Shown here one piece after another: positions 27,901 to 39,900 of a DNA stretch of 64,000 nucleotides. Location: the IMG/VR virus record IMGVR_UViG_3300040811_001959; one strand, given 5' to 3'. The position numbers were made by a program, and so were the translations under genes. This stretch comes from a virus. Its lineage: Duplodnaviria > Caudoviricetes. How positions within the stretch are numbered: the stretch's first letter is position 1; each line of letters opens with the position of its first letter. Under the pieces are notes generated by a model. That model was not told where the DNA came from. It ran no database searches and worked only from the letters and a program-made list of their open reading frames with translations.

Positions 27901-30900
27901 ATGGATCATATATACCACCTACTCCTACGAAATTAGGTTTGTATCCTAAATATATTCCAGAAATTTTTATAGATAATACAAATAATAGTTTTATTACTGA
28001 AGAAAATAAAGGACCATATAAATTTTATGGACTGCAAAAAAATGAGCCAAATGACGAAGATATATTAGGATGGTTTTATCCTCTATATTTAGATTATGAT
28101 TTAGCTTGTATTTCTGATGAAAACAATGAATGTGTTATTATAACTTTTGCTGGGTTAAATCGTGTTTTTTATATGCCTAAATCTGATCAAAATAAAGGAG
28201 CACAAGATTCTATCTATTTTGACGAATGGAACGAAGGAAATGTCTACATACAAGGTCATGACGGTAGTTTAGTTTATGCATATAAAGATTTTCGAGATGA
28301 ATTAATTTTAGAAATAGAAAAAAGAATTTATAACAATATTAAAATAAATTATGATACAAATTTGTTTGATATAAATGAAATAATTCCTGGTCGTTATAGA
28401 AATACTAATATAACAAGAAGCAGCTTAAATGATCCATTAATTAGTGACTTTATAAAATGGACAAGATTTATAAATGTTGAATATGCTATGCATCAGTATT
28501 TTGATGTTAATAATAGTTTTACTTACAATTATAACGGAAGCAAGTTAGATAATTACGAAGTGTCTCCTGGGTGGTGGAGACAAATTTATACATACCTTTT
28601 TGATACTGATAGACCACACACGCATCCATGGGAAATGCTAGGATTTAGTATTAAACCAATATGGTGGGATGATCAATATGGAAGTTACCCATATACCTCA
28701 GACAATTTATTAATGTGGTCAGATATAGAAAAAGGCATAATTAGACAGCCTAATTTTTTTATCAATAAAAAATATACAAGACCAGGCTTAACAAAAATTA
28801 TTCCTGTTGATAACAAAGGAAATTTAGTAAGTCCTTCTAAATCTGGTGTAATTAAATATTATGATAAAAAATTAGTTAAAAAATCTTTTGTATTTGGTGA
28901 CGGGTCTCCTGTTGAAACAGTTTGGAGAAGATCGAGTAATTATAGATTTAGTTTGATAAAAAGTTTGATACTTTGTAAGCCTAGTTATGTATTTGGAACA
29001 GGGTTCGATAGGGCTAATCAAGTTAGGAATGATTCAGAGCAGATTATTTATTTGCCTACACAAAACCATTTTAGGTTACAAGATTTAGTTTTTCCATATG
29101 TAGAAAATGAAAATTTTTACACAAGTGGTCTTATTAATTATATTGCAGAAAATCAAAATACTTTATTTTTTAATAATTATGAAAATTATAGAAACATTTT
29201 AGTATCTCTAAATAATCAAATTTCATTTAAAGTTGGAGGATTTACCGATAAAGATAAATTTAAATTAATTTTAGATAGTAGAACACCTTTAAATGAAGGA
29301 AATGTTTTTATTCCATTAGAAAATTATGATATTTTGTTCTTAAAAAGTTATCCTATAGATGAATATGTATATAGTGGTGTTGTAATTGAAAAACAAGCCG
29401 AAGGATGGTATATTAGCGGTTATGACACAGCTTATTCTAAATTTAAATACATTCCGATAATACCGAGAGATGCTGATACAACAATAAATGTAGGAGGTAT
29501 AAGCAAGTCATATGTTACATGGGAAGCTGGTAAAACATATGCAATTGACGCTATAGTAAAAGTTGGTGATGATAGTTTTTATAGATGTAAAATTACGCAT
29601 GTAAGTGGTGATAATTTTGATAATTCTAAATTTGTAACTTTGCCTAGATTACCTATTGTTGGTGGAGTTGATGCAAAAACTAGGAGATATTTTTCACAAA
29701 ATGTCGAAGAATTATCTTACGGAACGTTATTATATGATATACAAGAGGTTGTTGATTTTTTGTATGGTTATGGTCATTATTTAAAAACAGTTGGATTTAC
29801 ATTTGATAGATTTGTAGAAAGCCAGTTAGAAGTTGCAGATTGGAGCTATGCAGTAAAACAATTTTTATTTTGGACAACTCAAAATTGGGGTGCAGGTTCT
29901 TTAATTACAGTGAGTCCAGGTGCAGATAGATTAAATTTTTCTACAAATTATGGAAGTGTTGGTAATGTAATAGATACTTCCCAAGGTTATTCTATATATA
30001 AAGCTGATGGAACAGTGATTAAAACGTCAGAGGTAAACTTTAATAGAGATAATGATAATAATTTTAGTGTAACAACTACAGGTAATGATGGTATTTATTT
30101 TATTAGAATACCCACTAATTATGCAGAGCATGTAGTTATTATAGATGATAGAACAGAATTTAATGATATAATATATGAAAAAAATTCAGGATATAGGCAA
30201 GAAAGAATTAAGGTAATAGGTTATAGAACAAATGCATGGAAAGGATCACTAGATATTCCAGGTTTCTTTTATGATGACGCAAAAGTTAAAGAATGGCAAC
30301 AATATGTAGCATATAATGTAGGAGATATTGTAAAATATAAAGAATTTTATTTTGTAGCTAAAAATAAAATTGATGCAGTTGAGAATTTTGATTTTACGGA
30401 TTGGAAAAAACTTGATACCTTAAAAGAAGCTGGATTGTACACTAATTTTGATTATAGGATAGAACAGTTTAAAGATTTTTATGATTTAGATAGTGATAAT
30501 TTAGATGTAGAACAACAAAAAATGGCTCAACATTTAATTGGTTATCAAAAAAGGAATTATTTACAGAATATTATTAATAATGATGTAAGCCAATTTAAAT
30601 TTTATCAAGGGTTTATACAAGATAAAGGTTCTAAAAATTCGCTTACAAAGCTATTTGATGTTTTAGCAAGTGCAGATAAAGATAGTTTAGAATTTTATGA
30701 AGAATGGGCAATTAGGCAAGGAGTTTACGGTGCTGTAGATAATTTTTATGAATTTGATTTTAAATTAAATGAATCAAAATTTAGATTAACTCCTCAACCT
30801 GTTGAAATAAATGTTAACAATAAAGATAATATAGATTTAATTTATAGAATAAATCCAACTGAAGCATATTTTAGTGACGGTAATAGTTCTTCACCGTTTC

Positions 30901-33900
30901 CGTCTTTCAATAATACAAAAACTTATGTAAAACATGCAGGTTATGTTTCTCCTAGTGATGTAGATTATACACTTGCAGATTATACAGATTTGTTAAAAGT
31001 AAATTTAAATGATATTAAAGTAAACGAATATTTTTGGATAGGTAATGATCCAAATGGTTGGAATATATATCAATATAAAAATTATAATAAATTTATCAAA
31101 TTTGAGGTCATCGGTACAGACAACCTTGCCTTAGAATTTGAATTTGATATAGAAGATGATTTTCAAATAGGACAAATAGTCGGTGTAAGTAATGTAGAAA
31201 AAATTACATTTGTTGGGCAAGATTCTACAGTAATTGCTAATGATTATGTAAGTTCTTTTTCAGGCGTTTTTCAAATTACGGATATTCAGATTAATAAGAT
31301 TATATGTGCATTAACTGATCTAGCATTATTAGTCCAGATTAATACAGACTCTTTACAAGGCGATACAACTGGAATAGTAAGTATTTTTTCGTCTGTTAGG
31401 GTTTCTAATTTACAAGGATTAGAACAGTTAGTGTTAAAAGATTATCAATTAAATAAGAAAATTTGGGTAGACGAAGATGCTGATAAAAATTGGAGTGTAT
31501 ATCAAATTAATCACGAGTTTAAACTTTCTACCTCTGTAACAAATCCTGCAAAAAATATTACATCGTTTGGAAACAAAATTAGTATTAATGATAGAAATAC
31601 AGTGTTAGCAATAGCAGATCCTTTACAAAATGACGGAATTGTTTATGTTTATACAAGGCCTAGTATAAATCAAAATTGGAAATTATTTCAAATATTATCA
31701 CCTGAAGAACCAGATAGCGAGTCGTTTAACATTGGTGATAGTGAGGAAAATGCAGGAATTATTTTTGTTATAACAAATAATAGTGTAGAAAATATAAATT
31801 TAGTATACAAAAATGGTGAAAAAATAAATGAAGCAAATTATAGCATTAATGTAGAGAATAATCAAGTAATAATGACATCTGCTATTTTAGCAGATGATAC
31901 TATAACAATATCTTTCCTTAAACACATCATACCTTATAAATTTGGAGCAAGTCTTGATGTAGAAAATAACAGCAATCATATAATTGTTGGCGCACCGGAT
32001 GCATCTTATTTAAAAACTAGAATAAAAGGAACTTTTGATCCTACTATGAATTATAGTTCAGGAGATATTGTAAATTATGAAGTTCAGGATATTGGAGTAA
32101 AAAATTATTATAGGGCATTAGTTGATATATTACCAGAATCTTCTGCTCAAGAATTTAACGCTTTTTTTAATTATAGTAAATGGTTGTATGATAATAATTT
32201 ATATTTTGAAAATTCTTACAGTTTTCCATTGTTATTTACAGGAACATACAACGAGAGAGAAGAGACTACTGATCATCTTATTATTAGAATTCCATCTACA
32301 GTTTATAATGGTATTAAAGTAGATGATCAAATAGTTTTACACTGGAACACCCTTACAAATGCCAATCAAACCCAATTAGAATTAGTAGAAAGACAGCCCT
32401 TTGATGGATTATACAGTCAAATTGATAATGTTTTCTTGAATAATAAACATACGATATTGTATAAATTTAGTAAAATTATAAAAGTTGCCAACTCTGCAAT
32501 ATCATTAAGCAAAGGGCAGCAAATAAGTTCTACTACAGCTAATGCAGAAATAGAGCAGGCAATTAGTATTGGAAACTCAAATGATTTTATAATCTATTTA
32601 AAAAATATACAAGGAAGTCTATTACAAGTTGATTCAATAAAGGTTGGTATACAAATAGTTGGAAACTATGAATTAATTGCGCCCTTAGAAGAAGAATCTA
32701 TCGTACAAGATGAGTTTGCTGGATTTATTGCAATATCGACTCCGGCATATACTACAACATATAATAGAACTGATTCAGGTAGAGGATTAATAATTAGAGA
32801 ATTAATTACAGAAAAAAGTCCAGATCAAAATTTAATTTATAGTAACATATTAGAATATGATAATGCTAGTTTGATTAGGATATTGAGTTATGAAGATTAT
32901 AATTTAAATAATTTAGGAGAATATAATCCTATTACTAAAAATTTACGATATTTTTTGATTAGGGCTTCAAAAACATTAACAGATACTTACGTAGATGACT
33001 CGATTAATTTTTATTTTAATCAATTACCTAAAACTGTCTCTGTCTTAAAAGTTAGGAATACAAGATTTACAACTAAACCTGTTGTTGTAAAAGGTGAAAC
33101 ACTTAGACAAAAAAATAATAGTCTTGCTACTGTGACTATTTTTAGTGATACAGTTGAAATAGATCCTGCAACAATTAATTTTTCTAATCCTGTATATCTT
33201 ATACAAGTTCAAAATGTAAGCGAAACTTCTTTTAATTTTATAGATGATCTTGTTGGTTCTGAGAGTGGTGAATTATTTTGTAGACCTATAGAGGAACCTG
33301 TTGTACCTAAATTAGATACTTTAGAAGAAATAGGATTAAACACAAATTTACTCATTAATAATAATCTTGATATATGGAATACATGGGATGGATATATTAT
33401 ATATCAAGAAAATAGAACCGATTCAAACGGTTTACCATATGTACCATATGCAAAGTATATAGAAGATGGCATAAATTTAACGTCGTTTGATGGCAACAAT
33501 CCAAATGAAAGAGTCGGTCAAACTATTAGAGAAATTAATGAATCAGGAAATCCTACAAATAATACAGCAGAGGTAATGTATGTACAACGGATTGGAAATA
33601 ACAGGTTGATTTTATTTGTTAATAATGTGCAAGGTAATTGGAGGTTAGGACAAGATCAAGATCAACCTGCTCAATTACAAATGGATGCTCACCCAACCGG
33701 ACAAGATATTTTTTCACGACTTAATATTTTCAATTTTGACAGAGAATTTGGAGTTTCAGTTAATGTTATTTTACCAAGTGAAGATGTAGGTAAATTTTTT
33801 GTAATTGATTACGGATCAGAAATACAAGCAATTTTTGATCAAGTTACAGCACAACCAAAAAATATTTTGATTAATCAAGAATATTGGTTTTTTAATAATG

Positions 33901-36900
33901 AATCGATACAAGGTCTACCTAGATTAGCTGCTTATCCTAATAACAATTCTGTTGTTTGGGAAAGGATATATAGTTTGTCAATTGATGACACTGGTACAGC
34001 GTCAACTTATGAAAAAGAAGGTGTAGTATTTGTTTATAAAAAAATTGGAGCAAAATATCAATTAGTAAAAAGGTTGTTGGGTCCTGATAGACAAAATAAT
34101 TATAAATGGGGCAGTAATTTAAAAATTGGAAATTTTCAAAATGTTTCAAAAACATTTATACTTGCTGATAATCCAAAACGTTTATATTTTGTAAAAGATG
34201 GAAATGATAATGGTATTGTTTATAATTGGGACTACGCTACAAATAAGAAATATAAAGGAGTGTATAATGAAAACGAAACATACTTTACTGGAGATATTGT
34301 ATTTGTTCCTCGTAATGTAACAGAAAATGTATTTTCAAGTGATATAGGAATTTTTGATGGAACTTTGTTTGAATCATTAACCAATGGATCTGTAAATGTT
34401 TTAAAAAATAACAGTTATGAAATAAATACCGATTACTGGAAATTAGCCGATGAATTAATTGATTATGTTGGTTTTGTACCAAACAATTCTGGTAATGTGC
34501 AGTTAGACTCTACCGACATAAGCACATTATCTGTTGATGGTCTTATAAAATTTGGTTTAAATTTTGATATAAGTGATAATGCAGAAGTTTTAGCTGTATT
34601 AATAAAATATGATAATACTAACAAAAATAAAATAAGCATTTTCCGAAATGATCAAGGTTATTATAGATTCAGTCAGATAATAGAAGCAGACACTCCTGAA
34701 ATAGAGTTTGGTTATAGTTTTGCTTTAAGCAGCGATGGTAACACTTTAGCAATAGGTGCTCCCTTATTTGATACAAAAAGAATAAATGTTGGTAAGGTGT
34801 ATGTTTACAAATTAGAAAATACAAAATTTGTTTTGAAGCAAGAATTGTCTAGTCCAAATAATGAAATTGAAGAAATGTTTGGAATAACAGTAGATATAAA
34901 TGATAATTTAATTGCTGTAGGAAGTGCTAATGCAGACATTAAAGTAGAAACAACGTATGATAGTAATGATACAATTTTTGATAACGGACTGACAACTTTT
35001 AAGTATACAAAGTCTGACAAAGGAGCCATATTTGTTTATGATGATATAAATGGACATTACGTGTACGGTAATAAAATTATCTATGATAACCCGTATGCTA
35101 ATTCTTATGATCTTGGAGAAAATTTTGTATTAAAAAATAAATTTTTGTATGTTTCTGATCCTAATTATACAAATGAAAATGGTACTATCGGATATGTTTT
35201 AAATTATTCTAACATAGAAAATAAATTATACGATAATATAAGTAGGCAAAAACAAACAGTTGATTTATCAAAAGTAAAGAAAATTTTCCTGTATAATACA
35301 AAAACTAAAGAAATAATAAAATATTTAGATTACGTAGATGTATTACAAGGAAAATTACCAGGTCCTGCTGAACAAAATATATCATATAAATTATATTATG
35401 ATCCTGCAATTTACTCAACAGGAGGATCTTCTGTAGTAGTTGATCCAACGACAGCATGGACGACAGAAAATGTTGGAAAAATTTGGTGGGATTTAAGCAC
35501 AGTAAAATATTACTATCCTTATATAAACGACATATCGTTTTCTACTAATTTTTGGAATAAGCAATTTTTAAATACTAATGTAGATTTATATGAATGGGTA
35601 GAAAGTCCATTACTTCCATTAGATTGGAACGAATTGTCAGAAACTAATGAAGGATATAGTTTAGGAATTACAGGTAGAGCAAAGTATACTGACTCATATA
35701 CAGAAAAATCAATTTACAACAATGTTACTGATAGAATAGAAAAAAAGTATTACTTTTGGGTAAAAGATGCCAAAAATATACCAGATTTAGATAACCGGAC
35801 AATTAGTGCATACAAACTTCAAACATTAATGAAAGACCCATTAAACGAAGGGTACGAATTTGTTTCTCTTATTAGTGATAATGAATTTGCAATTTATAAT
35901 TGTGAAAAATTCTTAAATGATAAGGATGTAGCAATCAGTTTTCAAATATATAAAGATACTGATCAACGCATAAACACTCATTTTCATTATGATATAATTA
36001 CAGAAGATATTGAAACAAATAAAATAAAAGAAAATTTATCTGTAAAATGGATTGATAGTCTAGTAGGATATGATTTGTATGGTAGGTCTATTCCTGATAT
36101 ATCTATAGGTGAGAAATATCGATATGGCAATTTAACAGAACCAAGGCAAAGTTGGTTTGTTAATAGGCAACAAGCATTAAAAGAATATGTTCAACGTATA
36201 AATCGAGTACTTAAAGAAAATTTAATAGTTGATTCAAAAAATTTAAAAAATTTATATTTAAAAGATGAATATCCTTTAGAATCATCTAACCAATACGATT
36301 TAATTGTAGATAATTTAGATGCATTAAATTTATATGGTATTGCAAAAGCTGAACAGGCAAGCATAGATATTACGGTTGAAAATGGAAAAGTTGTAAGTGC
36401 GAGGATAATAAATCCGGGTCGAGGTTATATAAAAACTCCTACATTTACAGTTATTGGACAAGGATCTAATCTTGAATTAAATTTTACACTTAATGCTATC
36501 GGATCTATAGTTAATGTTGATATTGTAAATGCAGGAGAAAATTATAACAATAACGCTAGTGTAGAAATTAGAAAATTTACTGCATTGGTGTTAAATGATG
36601 AAACTATAAATGGTAAATGGGCATTATACGAAAGAAATTATACTGCTAATTCTTGGAATAGGGTTAGAAGTCAAGGATACGATACAAGAGCATATTGGAA
36701 ATTTATAGATTGGTATAGTACTGGTTATGACAGTACAACTCCTATAAATTTTATAATAGATTTTTCTTATCAATTAAATTCTATCAATGATACAATAGGA
36801 AATATTGTAAAAATTAATACTATAGGATCAGGTGGATGGTTGCTACTTAAAAAGGTTGATAATCAAGATAATGTTGACTATTCAATTAATTATGAAACTA

Positions 36901-39900
36901 TTGGACGAGAAAATGGTACAATTGAATTTTTAAATACATTGTATGATCCGTATGCAGCCTATTATAATTTTGATTTAAAAAGTTTTGATATTAGTTTTTA
37001 TGACGATCTTCCAACCACAGAGGTAAGAATTATTGCTAATGCAATCAAAGATGATATTTTTGTAGATGATTTAGCTATAGAATATAATCGTTTATTTTTT
37101 GCAGCTATTAGATATGTTTTATCAGAGCAAGGTTATGTTGATTGGTTGTTTAAAACAAGTTTTATAAGAGTAAAACATAATGTAGGTAATTTACGTAAAG
37201 ATGTAACTTTTAACAATGATAATTTACCAAGTTATGAGGACTATGTCAACGAAGTAAAGCCTTACAAGACAAAAATTAGAGAATATATAAGTTCTTATGA
37301 AAAAATTGACAATAATCCATTATTAACAGCAGATTTTGATTTGGCACCTGCATATGTTGATAGAGATAAAAGGATATTACCACAACAGATTAAAGTCTTT
37401 GGAGATGTTTTGTATGGAGTATCCGACGAACATATGACTTATCCTAATAAAAATTGGTTAGATAATTGTTATTATGTAGTAACAGACATAAAAATATCTT
37501 ATTCTGGGTATGGATATAAAACAGTTCCTACTGTTAGATTCGAAGGCGGCGGTGGTAGTGGCGTTAAAGCAGTTGCATTTTTAGGTGAAAATGGATCAAT
37601 TGTAAACATAGAAGTTATAGACGAAGGTTCGGGATACTTGCAAGCGCCGCAAATTTATATTGATGGCGAAACATATAACGATTTTGCTCCTGCTAGGGTA
37701 AGTGTTATTTTAGGTAAACCTCTTGTACGTAGTACGTTAACAAAAATAAAATTTGATAGGATAGCAAAGACAATTTTTTATAGTAATATCGATGAATCTT
37801 ATACAGAAATAACTTCAGGATCAAAATATATATTTGATTTATACTGGCCAATGTCTTTATTGCCAAAAGATGTAAATGTGTACGTAAACGGAGAAAAACT
37901 GTTGTTTAGTAGATATAAGTATGAAAATGTATTAGATAATACCAAGTCATACACTAGGTATCTAGGTAGAGTAACATTGGTAGATGTGCCTAGCAATTAT
38001 TCTGAGGTGAAAATTGAGTATAAAAAAGATATTAATTTATTGCCAGCTTTAGATAGGTTAAATTATTATTATTCACCTATAGAAAATCAATTTGGAAATA
38101 CTCCTAATCAGTTGTTAGACGGTATCGATTACGGAGGTGTTGAAGTTAAAAGTTTTGGATTTGGTAATACAACCGGATGGGATTCGCATGCATTTTTTGT
38201 TAATCAATATGATACATATGATACAACATTTGAAGACCATGTAAACACAGTTGGTAAAAATTTACTGTATAACAGCAATATAGGATATAAGATTCAAATA
38301 AATTGGACAAATTTTGCAAAGGCAGTTAATGCTTTAGTAAAAGGAGACAGTGTTGAAATTGATAATCATACATTGTTCTATTCAATATTTAATGTAAACC
38401 AATTAGGAGAACCTGTAACAGATCCTTTAGATGGTACAAGTATTTTAAATGTACTAGATGAATTAGTATCAGAACTGGTACTTGACCAAAACGGAAATGT
38501 TGTTTTAGATGAAAACGGCGATGCTTCGTATCAGTTAACACCAAGAATTACAATACGTAGTGTTGAACAAATATTGTTATATGGATTGAATAGTGTTGAT
38601 TTAGAAGAACTTGCAATATACAATATTGAAACACAAATAATTCCAATTATATCTACATTAACCGGAAGTCAGGTTGAAAATTTAATAAATGAAACAAATT
38701 CAGTTTTAAATGATGTAAAATTAATTTTTAAAACACCGTTAGAAGAAAATGTCCAGTATAATGTTTATTATAATGGATTAAGGATAGATGATATTAATTT
38801 TGTAACTGATCCAACTAATATAACTAATCCTAATGCTACACTTGCTACAATAATAGGCGACGGTTTACAGCAAGAATTGATTTTAAGAGATATAGTTTCT
38901 GATTATCAAACAGATGATGTTGTGATACTACGTAAACCTACAAGCGATGGTAGTTTTTTACCTACTGATTTGGATTATGATACATTACTTGTTGGAGGAA
39001 ATTTAGATTATACCAATGCTAAAGGAATAGAATCAGCAGATATTGTTGTAGATGGAGATAATTTTGTAACGCATACTACATCAAAAGGACCTGAAGAAAA
39101 TGTTCCTGGTTTAGTTCAAGATACATTAGATATAAAAGTTTATGAAAGACCAATTGTAGGATCTTCTAATATTTTCTCCATGAATTATATAACAGATGGA
39201 ATTAACAACACTTACAATATTGGAAATTATCCTTTATCTGCAAGAAATTTAATTGTAAAAATTGACAAAGAAATAGTAACTAATTATTCTGTGAATTCTA
39301 ACAAAACAATTACATTTAATACCTTATTACCTGCTGGTAAACGTGTTAATATAACAACATTAGATTACAGTGGTTTTGATGTGTTAGATGTTGATACAAT
39401 TGAATGTATATTGTCTACGAATATCTTTGTTGTGAATGCAAGATGGGAAGAAAATTTACAAAGTGAAGTATCTGTAAATGGAAAAGAAATAGACTATGTA
39501 ATTGTGCCTTCTAATACAGAGTTTAGCGATAGTAGTAATAATATTTTAATAAAGTTTGGAAAAAACATAAATGTAGGCGATGTTGTACGTTATGTAATTT
39601 ATTCAAATAAAGAAGGACAAGAAAAACAAAAATTTAGCACAACATATATAGATAATTTTATAGCCGATGGCAGTACTAATATATTTGAATTAACTAAATT
39701 ACCAGAATTGCAACAACCTGCTGAATGGTATACTATGGTTTTAGTAAATAATAAATTGTTAAATCCAGGTTATACAGAAACATTTATTTTAACAGATAGT
39801 AGAGAATATAATTTGAAATTGCATCAAGTTCCTTTGAGGACTGTAAGTTTTTATCAATTAAGGGTGTTTTTAAATGAAAGAGAATTAAAACATACAGACG